This document shows, in pieces, positions 12,238 through 22,866 of a stretch of 64,000 nucleotides of DNA. The DNA lies in assembly GCA_902611475.1 (NCBI GenBank), contig CACLZW010000006.1, positions 10,720 through 74,719 on the forward strand. The letters run 5' to 3'. The notes under the pieces are model-generated. The model was not told the DNA's origin and searched no databases. It saw nothing but the letters and a program-made list of their open reading frames with translations. Source of the stretch: an uncultured Alphaproteobacteria bacterium (GTDB taxonomy: Bacteria > Pseudomonadota > Alphaproteobacteria > Rhodobacterales > Rhodobacteraceae). The position numbers and the translations under genes were made by a program. Positions within the stretch are counted from its first letter, which is position 1; each line of letters opens with the position of its first letter.

Positions 12238-12681
12238 CTAGTCAAATTTTCTACTGGGGGCCAAGACAAGTGCTTCTCCTGCCAACACTACTTTTTCACC
12301 TACCTCACACTTACAGTCTAATGTAACACGTCGATTTGAGTATTCTATATGAGTTACTAGTACTGTGGTTGTAATTAATTGACCAGGGAGTACTGGTCTA
12401 ATGAATTTTAGTGTTTGACTCAAATAGACGGTTCCGTGTCCAGGCAACTGTTCTGCAATTACCGCCGAAATCAAGCTTGCAGTGAGCATGCCGTGTGCAA
12501 TTCGTCTGCCAAATATTGTTTGCTGAGCATAGTCTTTATCTAGGTGCACCGGATTTTGATCACCAGAGACTTTTGAAAATAATAGGATATCATTCTGCGT
12601 TATTTTACGTTCAAGCATTCTGCTCATTCCTATTTCCAAATCCTCTACACATATTGTTCCTTTTTGTACCCTGTTTTTCAT
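12238..12681 (-). CDS. MaoC-family (R)-specific enoyl-CoA hydratase/dehydratase (PhaJ-like)
   Basis: Hot-dog fold signature SGDQNPVHLDKDYAQQTIFGRRIAHGML. Confidence 0.85.
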   Translation of the reverse strand: MKNRVQKGTICVEDLEIGMSRMLERKITQNDILLFSKVSGDQNPVHLDKDYAQQTIFGRRIAHGMLTASLISAVIAEQLPGHGTVYLSQTLKFIRPVLPGQLITTTVLVTHIEYSNRRVTLDCKCEVGEKVVLAGEALVLAPSRKFD

Positions 12682-12734
12682 AATTTATTTGGCGAGAGGA
12701 GTGCTAAATGATTAAAAAAAGCATAAGTCATTTT

Positions 12735-13649
12735 TTATCGGAAAAATTTGATGGCATAGTCTACGTGTACTTTGTTATTTTCTATGGTTTGATTTAATTT
12801 TCTTTCGTCAAGAATGGTATTATTTTTTTCTTCAATCAAATGCTTTTTTTTCAACAGCCCTCCAACTACTAGAAGTGAGTGAAGCTTTTCATTGTTAGCT
12901 CCTTTAATATCTGTTGTGAGCCCATCTCCTATACACAGGATTGACTTTTCTGTTGAATCACTAAATTTGTTCAAAAAAGAATAGACTTCTTTATAAATAT
13001 TTTTATGTGGTTTACCGAAATAAATTACTCTCCCGCCCATTCCCTCATACATTGAGGCGATTGAGCCAGCACACATTTCTCTTTTATCACCGACATCGAC
13101 AACCAAATCAGGATTTGCACATAATAGAGTCAAGTCTTTATCTATTCCGATCTCAAGTGTATTGCTATAGTCAGAGAGTTGGTCCTTTGCTGGATCAAAT
13201 GGTTCGGTGCATACAATTAAATCCGCGTGAGCGATATTATCTATCTCAATTGAGATTTTCTTTTCATGGATCATATCTTTGTAAATACTATGATGCCGTT
13301 TTCCTCCTATGTGGAAAATTTTTAAGTGATTTTCTGAAATATTTTTTATGTAATTCGAGGTAAGCTCTCCAGACGTTAAGAGCATATCGTAGTGAAAGTC
13401 TTTGATACCAAGCTTTGCTATTTGATTTTCGACGTTTGCAATTGGCCTGGGGGCATTCGTTACCAATACTACTTTGCCATCTGAGGCTTTGAATTTCTCA
13501 AGAGCTTTAAGAGCTTCTGGAAAGCTTTCTACGCCATTGTGCAAACATCCCCACAAGTCGCAAATGACTGCATCGTATTTGCATGATATTTCGGAAAAGG
13601 TTGCTATTACATTTGTCAAAAGAAGTAAACACCCAAATATTTTTTTCAA
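12735..13649 (-). CDS. HAD-superfamily class IIA hydrolase (TIGR01459-like)
   Basis: DAVICDLWGCLHNG (HAD motif I variant typical of this subfamily), VLVTNAPR, GDGLTTDIKGA. TTG start. Confidence 0.8.
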   Translation of the reverse strand: MKKIFGCLLLLTNVIATFSEISCKYDAVICDLWGCLHNGVESFPEALKALEKFKASDGKVVLVTNAPRPIANVENQIAKLGIKDFHYDMLLTSGELTSNYIKNISENHLKIFHIGGKRHHSIYKDMIHEKKISIEIDNIAHADLIVCTEPFDPAKDQLSDYSNTLEIGIDKDLTLLCANPDLVVDVGDKREMCAGSIASMYEGMGGRVIYFGKPHKNIYKEVYSFLNKFSDSTEKSILCIGDGLTTDIKGANNEKLHSLLVVGGLLKKKHLIEEKNNTILDERKLNQTIENNKVHVDYAIKFFR

Positions 13650-13749
13650 GTTTCGTCTTTTGAGGTGATAAAATATAAAAATAAAAAAAGCAAGAACCTC
13701 AATTATTTAAAATTTTTTAAAAAAAATTGAAAAAAATTGATGAGAGATA

Positions 13750-13777
13750 TTGACAAGCAAAAATTCTTGCATAAATA
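13750..13777 (+). promoter_or_regulatory. candidate promoter of groESL
   Basis: TTGACA (13750-13755), 16-nt spacer, TAAATA (13772-13777). Preceded by helically phased A-tracts including a perfect tandem AAAAAATTGA x2 (13721-13740). Confidence 0.35.
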
Positions 13778-13795
13778 AGATCGCTAGGCGGGGAT

Positions 13796-13811
13796 GTCTC
13801 TTCCAAGAGAC
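13796..13811. promoter_or_regulatory. perfect 16-bp palindrome GTCTCTTCCAAGAGAC in the groES leader (operator or 5'-UTR hairpin candidate)
   Basis: Read directly. The 7-bp arms GTCTCTT/AAGAGAC lie between the putative -10 and the GAGGAG Shine-Dalgarno (13839-13844). Confidence 0.3.
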
Positions 13812-13851
13812 TATAACCTTTGATTTATATTTTTATATGAGGAGATTCTTA

Positions 13852-14139
13852 ATGGCTTTTAAACCTTTGCACGACCGTGTTGTGGTTCGTAGAGTTGATA
13901 GTGAAGATAAAACATCTGGTGGACTGATAATTCCTGACTCTGCACAAGAGAAACCAGCAGAAGGCGAAGTTGTTTCAGTTGGAACTGGTGCAAGAGATGA
14001 TTCCGGTAAGTTGATTCCGATGGAATTAAAATCAGGTGACAAGATCTTGTTCGGGAAATGGTCTGGAACTGAAGTAAAGATTGATGGTGAGGAATTACTT
14101 ATCATGAAAGAAAGTGACATATTGGGTATAATTTCCTAA
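13852..14139 (+). CDS. groES: co-chaperonin GroES
   Basis: ORF 13750..14139. The true start is ATG 13852 ([14 protein letters not shown]), 7 nt after GAGGAG. Classical GroES sequence. Confidence 0.97.
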   Translation: MAFKPLHDRVVVRRVDSEDKTSGGLIIPDSAQEKPAEGEVVSVGTGARDDSGKLIPMELKSGDKILFGKWSGTEVKIDGEELLIMKESDILGIIS

Positions 14140-14159
14140 GAATTTTTTAATAACACTAA

Positions 14160-15830
<1,671 letters not shown>

Positions 15831-15860
15831 GTCTTGAAGTGTCCAAGTTAATTACTAATT

Positions 15861-15889
15861 AGAGGGGGGTTAACCCCCCTTTTTTTTTA
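15861..15889 (+). terminator. rho-independent terminator of groESL
   Basis: GGGGGG (15864-15869) TTAA CCCCCC (15874-15879) followed by a run of ten T (15880-15889). The hairpin overlaps the last codons and stop of the convergent purK. Confidence 0.85.
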
Positions 15890-16925
15890 TTAAATTTATG
15901 TGACCCATTTTTCTTCCAGGACGAGAGTCTTTTTTTCCATAAACATAGACTTTTGCTAACTCATTGCTTGCTAGATTACTAGTCACTTTTCCAATTAAGT
16001 TGTACATTATAATGTCGGAATGCCTCTCGGTTGATAGCAGAGGCAAGTCCATAATTGCTCTGATGTGTTGCTGAAACTGGCTAGAGTAGCTCCCGTCCAT
16101 TGTCCAATGCCCAGAATTGTGTACTCTTGGAGCAATTTCGTTAACATAAAGTTCTTTTTCCTTTAAAAAAAATTCTACTCCCATAACTCCGACATAGTCT
16201 AGATTGGCCACTATTTTTCTTGCAATGGTTACAGCGTCATTTTTAAGCACTTCACTTGTTGACGAGGGTAAAGTTGTAGTTACCAAAATCCCATTCTTAT
16301 GTACATTTTCTCCTGGTTCAAAAGTCTTAATATTACCCTCTTTATCCCGCACTATTATTACGGATAACTCTCTATCAAAACTAATAACTTCCTCAGCGAT
16401 AGATGGAAAAAGTTTTTTGCCCATAAAATGGTTGTTAATATCATCTAGTGTTTTGACTAATATTTGTCCCTTCCCGTCGTAACCTAGCCTACGTGTCTTG
16501 ATAAGAATTGGTTTCTTTAGTCTAGTAAATAGTTTTTCAATTTCAGAAACTTCATCAATTCTATAAAATTGCGTAGTTTTAATACCTAACGAATTAAGAT
16601 AACTTTTTTCAGTTAAGCGGTCCTGAGAGATTTTAAGGGCTTTTACAGAAGGCCTCATGTTGACAAAAAGATCTAATTTCTCCAAAGCTTTTGTGTCTAT
16701 GTTTTCAAATTCATAAGTTAGAACGTCTACATTTTTTGCAAAAGCGACTAGGTTCTCATTGTCATCATAGTTTCCAAATATTATTTTGTTAGCCACTTGT
16801 GCCGCAGGACAGTCTGTATCAGGGCAATATACATATACATTAAAACCTAAGTCGGCTGCAGCAGTAGCAAGCATTTTTGCTAATTGCCCTCCACCAAGAA
16901 TTCCAATGGTCTTATTCGGGCTCAT
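15870..16925 (-). CDS. purK: 5-(carboxyamino)imidazole ribonucleotide synthase
   Basis: IGILGGGQLAKML N-terminus, ATP-grasp core, NEIAPRVHNSGHWT motif. Confidence 0.95.
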   Translation of the reverse strand: MSPNKTIGILGGGQLAKMLATAAADLGFNVYVYCPDTDCPAAQVANKIIFGNYDDNENLVAFAKNVDVLTYEFENIDTKALEKLDLFVNMRPSVKALKISQDRLTEKSYLNSLGIKTTQFYRIDEVSEIEKLFTRLKKPILIKTRRLGYDGKGQILVKTLDDINNHFMGKKLFPSIAEEVISFDRELSVIIVRDKEGNIKTFEPGENVHKNGILVTTTLPSSTSEVLKNDAVTIARKIVANLDYVGVMGVEFFLKEKELYVNEIAPRVHNSGHWTMDGSYSSQFQQHIRAIMDLPLLSTERHSDIIMYNLIGKVTSNLASNELAKVYVYGKKDSRPGRKMGHINLIKKKGG

Positions 16926-17403
16926 TTTTTACTCGGTTTGTTGTATCAGTGCGCCAATCTCGGATTTTCTGACCAATAACCCTATCGGTAACCGCTAAAA
17001 CCTGTATAGCGAAGATAGCAGCATTGAAAGCACCTGGAGAACCAATTGCCATGGTTGCAACAGGGTAACCTTTCGGCATTTGTACTATTGAATAAAGACT
17101 GTCAACTCCTCTTAGATCGGTCGCGTTAATAGGTACTCCAATTACTGGGATATCAGTTTTTGAAGCAATCATTCCCGGTAAATGTGCAGCACCTCCCGCG
17201 CCAGCGATCACAACTTTTATTTTCCGCCTCCTCAGCGAATTAGCGTACTCGTACAACCTGTCTGGAGTTCTGTGTGCAGACACAATTTTTTTTTCATAGG
17301 AAACATCAAGCTTTCCCAACAAATCGCACGCCACTTGCATGATTTCCCAATCTGATTGACTCCCCATTACTACGGATACTTGTATATTTTTTTCAATTTC
17401 CAT
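16912..17403 (-). CDS. purE: 5-(carboxyamino)imidazole ribonucleotide mutase
   Basis: VVMGSQSDW, SAHRTP and GAGGAAHLPGM motifs. Overlaps the purK start by 14 nt. Confidence 0.96.
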   Translation of the reverse strand: MEIEKNIQVSVVMGSQSDWEIMQVACDLLGKLDVSYEKKIVSAHRTPDRLYEYANSLRRRKIKVVIAGAGGAAHLPGMIASKTDIPVIGVPINATDLRGVDSLYSIVQMPKGYPVATMAIGSPGAFNAAIFAIQVLAVTDRVIGQKIRDWRTDTTNRVKNEPE

Positions 17404-18340
17404 TATTGATCTCGCTTAGATATTTCTCTGCATCTAAAGCGGCCATGCATCCCATTGCAGCGGACGTTACTGCTTGCCTGTAAACATTATCCACTAAATC
17501 CCCAGCGGCAAAAACTCCAGGAATAGAAGTTTTTGTAGTTCCTGGAACAGTAGACACATAGCCACTATCAAAAGTTTTGAGCTGATCTTTAATAAGATTT
17601 GAAGCAGGGGAATGTCCTATTGCTACAAAGACCCCTGAGCAAGTAATTTCAGATAATTTCTTGTTCAAAGTATCTCTTATCTGAATTCCTGTTACGCCTA
17701 AAGGATGATCTTCTCCTAATATGTCAGTTACTTGCTTATTCCATATGATTTCAATTTTTTCATTCTCAAAAAGACGTTTTTGTAAGATTTTTTCGGCTCG
17801 TAACTCATCTCTTCTATGGACTAAATAAACTTTGGAAGCAAATTTTGTTAAGAATATTGCCTCTTCAACAGCCATATTCCCTCCTCCTATTACCGCGACT
17901 ATTTTGTCTCTATAGAAAAAACCGTCACATGTTGCACACGCCGAAACCCCAAAACCTTTATATTTTTCTTCATTATAGAGTCCAAGCCAATTTGCTTGCG
18001 CTCCTGTTGCTAAAATTACTGACTCAGTCAAATATTGTGAACCACTATCTGTTTCTACAAAGAAGGGTCGTACAGTAAGATTTACTTTTGAAACATGTTC
18101 GGAAATAATTTTGCATCCCAGATTACGAGCATGATCTTCCATATTTTTCATTAAGTCTGGCCCAAGTATTTCTTTCTCTCCGGGCCAATTCTCAACCTCG
18201 GTAGTTATCGTGAGCTGTCCACCTGGCTGTATTCCTTGAAAGAGGATTGGTGATAACATAGCGCGTGCAGCGTATACAGCAGCTGTATACCCTGCTGGAC
18301 CTGAACCGATTATTAAAAGTTTAGTTTTTTTTGGAGACAT
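17393..18340 (-). CDS. trxB: thioredoxin-disulfide reductase
   Basis: GSGPAGYTAAVYAAR FAD motif, redox-active CATCDG, GGGNMAVEEA NADPH motif. Confidence 0.96.
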   Translation of the reverse strand: MSPKKTKLLIIGSGPAGYTAAVYAARAMLSPILFQGIQPGGQLTITTEVENWPGEKEILGPDLMKNMEDHARNLGCKIISEHVSKVNLTVRPFFVETDSGSQYLTESVILATGAQANWLGLYNEEKYKGFGVSACATCDGFFYRDKIVAVIGGGNMAVEEAIFLTKFASKVYLVHRRDELRAEKILQKRLFENEKIEIIWNKQVTDILGEDHPLGVTGIQIRDTLNKKLSEITCSGVFVAIGHSPASNLIKDQLKTFDSGYVSTVPGTTKTSIPGVFAAGDLVDNVYRQAVTSAAMGCMAALDAEKYLSEINNGN

Positions 18341-18364
18341 ATTATCCTCAAATTTTTTTATAGA

Positions 18365-19126
18365 TTACAAACAAATTATTGAAGCCATGCGGCCGAAGTC
18401 TCTCTCAGATTTATGATAGGCCCTTCTATTTGAAAAAAATAATTCAGAATTTTCGTAAGTACACAAACCCAAATTATGTATATCATAAACTCCAAGAAGA
18501 TTAAATCTACTTTCAATAAATAAAGTAAGATCAAAGAAATAATTACCATCTTCTTTGATAAAAAATTTTTCGAAACATGGATCGGTCTTCATAAAGCTCT
18601 CAACAAAATCTAATTTTACTTCATAGCATTTTTTAGAAATAGTTGGACCAATTGCAACGGAAATTTTTTTCATATCGACGCCAAGATCTTTAAGAGAATT
18701 TAGTGCATTTTCACAGACTCCCGCAAGAGCACCTTTCCAACCTGCGTGAATAGCCAAGATGAAGCCGCTTTCACTTTCATGAGCCAAGATAGGAGAGCAA
18801 TCGGCGGTTAGTATTCCGATACCAAAACCCTTTAGATTGGTTATGACTGCATCTACTGGCTCGTAACTTAATTTGTCAAAGTCAGCTTTTTTATCAATAA
18901 ATACCACGTTGTTTGTATGCTGTTGGTTTGGAAAGAAAACTTTTTGACTTGAAATGTCAAGCGCATCCAAGACCAACGCCCTGTTTGCATAAATATTGGC
19001 TTTGCTATCGGTCGTATTTTCTGACAGGTTCAAACTCGAATATATGCCTGTGGAAACTCCACCGGATCTACCAAAAAAACTATGCTTAACAGATTGCAAG
19101 TTTTTGCTTTTAAACATTTTGACCAT
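18365..19126 (-). CDS. pgeF: peptidoglycan editing factor PgeF (YfiH/DUF152 laccase-domain protein)
   Basis: HSFFGRSGGVS, QQHTNNV, LTADCSPIL and AIHAGWKG motifs of the YfiH family. Confidence 0.88.
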   Translation of the reverse strand: MVKMFKSKNLQSVKHSFFGRSGGVSTGIYSSLNLSENTTDSKANIYANRALVLDALDISSQKVFFPNQQHTNNVVFIDKKADFDKLSYEPVDAVITNLKGFGIGILTADCSPILAHESESGFILAIHAGWKGALAGVCENALNSLKDLGVDMKKISVAIGPTISKKCYEVKLDFVESFMKTDPCFEKFFIKEDGNYFFDLTLFIESRFNLLGVYDIHNLGLCTYENSELFFSNRRAYHKSERDFGRMASIICL

Positions 19127-19127
19127 T

Positions 19128-20189
19128 TCAGTTCAGGCCTTCTAGATTTCTTTTAGTTTTTGTTATCGCAATAACTTTAAAAAGGGAACCCATTTTATCA
19201 GGATCTATTAGTCTCTTTATTTCGGAGTTGACTGTTTCTGCTATGGCTAAGCTGACATTTTTGGTTAGGCTTTTTAAGCGTTCCTTTATTCCAAGTTCGA
19301 GCAGAAAACTTCGTTGTTCTTTAATCGGTGAAACATACAAATTTTTTTTTAAAGCTATTTCTTTAAGGAGCCTGAAATTAACGTGTGAACTTAAGTCATT
19401 TTGACCTGGTTTTTCCAAAACACCTAAAAATTTATGCTTGTTTACGGCTTGAAGGGTGTCCCCAATACCCGAAATGTTTCCATAATCGACTAAAAGCAAA
19501 ACACCATCATATTGAATTAAATGATTGCAAATATTGGAAAAAATCGAGATGGTCTGTTCAGAATATTCAAGCGTATCTCCTATTTTAAAATCTGAAAAAA
19601 TACTGTCACTAGGTACCCAGATTTTATTATCTAAGGTGAAACATAGTTCACCATTTTCTATTGCTATTTTTTTTTCGTGCCAGCCTTCGTTACTTCTCAC
19701 ATATTGGTTTATAGGAAGGGCATCAAAAAATTCATTCGCAATAATTATTTGTGGTTCTAAACTCAAGCCTTTGATATCTGATATCCACTTAACATTTTTA
19801 TTTTTGAGATTTTCTTTCTGGAGAGTTATTAGTCTCTCGGATTTTTCCAAAATTGTAATCTCAAGGTTTATTTTATTATCGGTAACCTTATAAATAGTTC
19901 TAATGGCGTCCTTTAGAAGTGTTCCTCTACCAGAACCTAGCTCTGTTATACATAGACGTTTTTTATTTATAAATTCTTGGTAAAAACTCAATGCCCATAG
20001 CCCTATAAGCTCACCAAATGTTTGAGAGATCTCTGGAGATGTAATGAAGTCACCATCTCCCCCTAATACTTGATTAGATGTGTAATATCCATTTTTATCA
20101 TCCCACAAGCATATTTCCATATATTGTGATATGCTTATTGGACCACTTTTTTTAATTAAATCTTTTATTTTTTTTTCAATTTGCATCAA
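19128..20189 (-). CDS. class I SAM-dependent methyltransferase, MidA/NDUFAF7 (DUF185) family
   Basis: DFITSPEISQTFGELIG, ELGSGRGTL and ANEFFDALP motifs typical of DUF185. Confidence 0.82.
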   Translation of the reverse strand: MMQIEKKIKDLIKKSGPISISQYMEICLWDDKNGYYTSNQVLGGDGDFITSPEISQTFGELIGLWALSFYQEFINKKRLCITELGSGRGTLLKDAIRTIYKVTDNKINLEITILEKSERLITLQKENLKNKNVKWISDIKGLSLEPQIIIANEFFDALPINQYVRSNEGWHEKKIAIENGELCFTLDNKIWVPSDSIFSDFKIGDTLEYSEQTISIFSNICNHLIQYDGVLLLVDYGNISGIGDTLQAVNKHKFLGVLEKPGQNDLSSHVNFRLLKEIALKKNLYVSPIKEQRSFLLELGIKERLKSLTKNVSLAIAETVNSEIKRLIDPDKMGSLFKVIAITKTKRNLEGLN

Positions 20190-21081
20190 GATTTCGCTTG
20201 GTGATCAAAAAAATCATTAAAAGTCCAAAAATAATCATTGGAATTGTGAGAAGTTGTCCCATTGATATTCCTACACCTGGGAAAAGCTCGACTATATATC
20301 CATAGGGATTTTCATTGGTTATGAAAAAAGCGTCAGGTTCTCTTAGAAATTCAATTGAAAACCTTATAACACCGTATCCTAGCAAAAAAGAGCCAAAAAT
20401 GATGCCTGGTTTTTTAAGCGCTTTATAGAAAAAAACAAGATAATAAAAAATAAGCATCAAAACGATACCTTCAAAGAAAGCTTCATACAATTGCGACGGA
20501 TGCCTGAAACAGGGTATTTCATTTGAGCTTGGACAAAATTTCCCTTGACCTTTTGTAAACTGGATTCCAAATGTTGAGGTTGTTGGTTTGCCCCAGAGCT
20601 CGCCATTTATAAAATTTGCAATTCTGCCAAAAAATAATCCGGGAGGGGATGCAAATGCGATCAAATCACCTAAAGACAACAAGCTAATTTTTTTCCTCAT
20701 GCCAAATAGAATGCCAGCTATTAACACTCCTAAAAAGCCTCCGTGAAATGACATCCCACCTTCCCATATATACAAAGTTCTAATGGGATTATCAAAATAG
20801 TATGCAGGTGCGTAAAAGAGACAATACCCCAACCGACCACCTACAATGATACCCAAAATCATGTAGGTTATTAGATCATCTACTTCAGATCTCGCAATAA
20901 TACTCTTATTGGCAAACCACAGGTCTTTATTTTGCACAAGCTTTGCCATAAATAACCAAGCTAAAAGTATACCGGCTATATACGATAAGCCATACCATTG
21001 TACATTAAGATGCAACCCAAATAAATTTAAAGTAAAGGCGGTCTCACTTATATTTGGATATTGAAAGATTTTTTCCTCCAA
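20176..21081 (-). CDS. lgt: prolipoprotein diacylglyceryl transferase
   Basis: ORF 20176..21213. Lgt homology begins at QYPNISETAF..VQWYGLSYIAGIL, with GGRLGY and HPSQLYE motifs. The TTG at comp(21079-21081) is preferred because the 44-codon upstream extension is Lys/Phe/Asn-rich and would overlap the divergent ubiK by 69 nt. The start is uncertain. Confidence 0.85.
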   Translation of the reverse strand: MEEKIFQYPNISETAFTLNLFGLHLNVQWYGLSYIAGILLAWLFMAKLVQNKDLWFANKSIIARSEVDDLITYMILGIIVGGRLGYCLFYAPAYYFDNPIRTLYIWEGGMSFHGGFLGVLIAGILFGMRKKISLLSLGDLIAFASPPGLFFGRIANFINGELWGKPTTSTFGIQFTKGQGKFCPSSNEIPCFRHPSQLYEAFFEGIVLMLIFYYLVFFYKALKKPGIIFGSFLLGYGVIRFSIEFLREPDAFFITNENPYGYIVELFPGVGISMGQLLTIPMIIFGLLMIFLITKRNLDAN

Positions 21082-21144
21082 AAAAATAAAATTCCAATTA
21101 TATTTTTTTTTAACGTTAAAATATAAAAATTTAAAGGAGAATCG

Positions 21145-21381
21145 ATGCAAATTAAAAACCCATTTATTGATAATCTTTCTAAAGTTATGGCGGATGCCTT
21201 TGGAGCAGCACATTCGGCCAAAAACGAAGCAGAGAATGTTTTCAAGACCTGGTTAGATGGTTGGTTAGCTGACAGGGACTTTGTTACAAGAGAAGAGTTT
21301 GAAGCACTTAAGCTAAGTGTGGAAGAACTGAGGAATAAAAGTAAGCCGTCTTCAAAAAGAAAGAAAAATTTAAAAAGCTAA
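21145..21381 (+). CDS. ubiK: UbiK/YqiC (BMFP) family accessory factor
   Basis: 78 aa. FIDNLSKVMADAFGAA...DFVTREEFEALKLSVEELRNK matches the coiled-coil UbiK/BMFP pattern. AAAGGAG lies upstream. Confidence 0.72.
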   Translation: MQIKNPFIDNLSKVMADAFGAAHSAKNEAENVFKTWLDGWLADRDFVTREEFEALKLSVEELRNKSKPSSKRKKNLKS

Positions 21382-21482
21382 TATTTACCAGATATAGTGG
21401 AGATGAGGCTTGAATCCCTAATTGTAGTAGAGATTTCTAAATTTTGTGGGTATACTGACAGAAAAAGAGGAGCAGTAACCCC

Positions 21483-21986
21483 ATGACACGAGCAACGTCA
21501 ATTATATTTTTAGATGAAACGCATCCAATAGATGCCTTGGAACTAATAGCGCATGAAGAAAGTTGGGAATTCGCTAGAGATGATGATAATGAGATAATCG
21601 TTAGGATAGACGGAGGTTGGAAAAAGTATACTATCAGTGCTAGCTGGAATGTATCGCGAAACCTCTTTAAAACGATTTGTACATTTGAAATGATCCCACC
21701 AAGAAAAAAACTGGTAAAGCTCTATGAAACTATCAATTTAGTGAATGGCAGTGATGTTGATGGTAGCTTCACCTATGATAATGTAGAACAATTAATGAAT
21801 TACTCTACTAACATATTATTTTCGGACGAATTAATTATCTCCAATACAGAGCTAAGAGATTGGATAAAATCTTCTGTTGAAACAGCGGAAAAATATTATC
21901 CGACCTTCCAAAAGAGCTGTTGGGGAGAAGTAATGCCAAAAGATGCTATGTCGGCAGCTTTTGGAAAGATAGCAGGTTACGCTTAG
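21483..21986 (+). CDS. YbjN domain-containing protein
   Basis: 167-aa acidic protein. Position between ubiK and proC is as in other Alphaproteobacteria. DALELIAHEESWEFARDDDNEI is a YbjN-like N-terminus. Confidence 0.6.
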   Translation: MTRATSIIFLDETHPIDALELIAHEESWEFARDDDNEIIVRIDGGWKKYTISASWNVSRNLFKTICTFEMIPPRKKLVKLYETINLVNGSDVDGSFTYDNVEQLMNYSTNILFSDELIISNTELRDWIKSSVETAEKYYPTFQKSCWGEVMPKDAMSAAFGKIAGYA

Positions 21987-21996
21987 GTAAATATAA

Positions 21997-22821
21997 GTGA
22001 CTGCAGAAAACAAAATTAATCAACGAATTAAAATTATTGGTTGTGGCAAGATGGCATCTGCAATATTAGATGCGTGGTTAAAAAAATTAATATCGCCCGA
22101 AGATATTTATGTGGATGATCCGAAACCCTCAGACTGGCTACTTGAAAAAAAGAAACACGGGCTGAATATAAATACAAAAGCAGATGTACCATTTGATTAT
22201 TGCTTTATAGGAGTAAAACCACAGTCTCTAGATGAGATTAAACTAAAGCTAAAAGGGCTTTCCAAAAAAAACGTCACTTTTGTTTCAATGCTTGCTGGGA
22301 TTAAAATAAATAGACTTGAGGATATAATTGGAAAAGATGAGTCGATTGTAAGGATAATGCCTAACTTACCCGCAGAGATACTAAAAGGTGTTACAGCAGT
22401 TAAAGAGAATAAAAGGGTTGATCCAAAACAGTCAAAGAATTTGGCCTTATTATTAGAGGCCTTTGGAGAAACAGTAAAATTTGTTGAGGAGAGAAAATTT
22501 GATGCTGTCACGGCAATTTCAGGTTCCGGCCCAGCCTACATTTTTCTTATTGCTGAGTTGATGACAGAGGTTGGTATTAATTTGGGTCTTTCTTATGATG
22601 AAGCTTTTAAATTGGTAAAGCATACAATCGATGGTGCTGGAAGCTTAATAGTCAATTCATCATTGAAGCCCCAAAAATTGAGGGAAAATGTGACCAGTCC
22701 TGGTGGAACGACTCATGAAGCACTGGCCGTAATGATGAATAAGGATAACGGTCTGCCAAAGATTTTCGAAGCAGCAATAAAAGCTGCAGCACAAAGATCA
22801 AAAGAACTAAGTAAATTTTAA
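21997..22821 (+). CDS. proC: pyrroline-5-carboxylate reductase
   Basis: IKIIGCGKMASAI Rossmann motif, SGSGPAYIFL, and VTSPGGTTHEAL C-terminal signature. GTG start. Confidence 0.93.
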   Translation: MTAENKINQRIKIIGCGKMASAILDAWLKKLISPEDIYVDDPKPSDWLLEKKKHGLNINTKADVPFDYCFIGVKPQSLDEIKLKLKGLSKKNVTFVSMLAGIKINRLEDIIGKDESIVRIMPNLPAEILKGVTAVKENKRVDPKQSKNLALLLEAFGETVKFVEERKFDAVTAISGSGPAYIFLIAELMTEVGINLGLSYDEAFKLVKHTIDGAGSLIVNSSLKPQKLRENVTSPGGTTHEALAVMMNKDNGLPKIFEAAIKAAAQRSKELSKF

Positions 22822-22866
22822 GCTTTTAATTAATGCTTTAAATCTGAAATTTTGATACTTTTAGAA

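Noticed and set aside
13766-13797. A possible sigma-32 promoter for groESL: CTTGCA followed 17 nt later by CGGGGATGT.
   Set aside because: The downstream element does not match CCCCATNT or the alphaproteobacterial CYTATNT consensus. The TTGACA-N16-TAAATA pair is the better candidate.
21407-21418. GGCTTGAATCCC, which resembles a tRNA T-loop (GGTTCGAATCC).
   Set aside because: Flanking bases give no T-stem or acceptor-stem complementarity, and the 101-nt spacer cannot hold a cloverleaf.
21403-21486. A 27-codon upstream ORF ending in an ATGA overlap with the ybjN-domain gene start.
   Set aside because: GGAG abuts its ATG with no spacer, the peptide has no recognisable features, and the GAGGAG at 21467-21472 is correctly spaced for the downstream gene instead.
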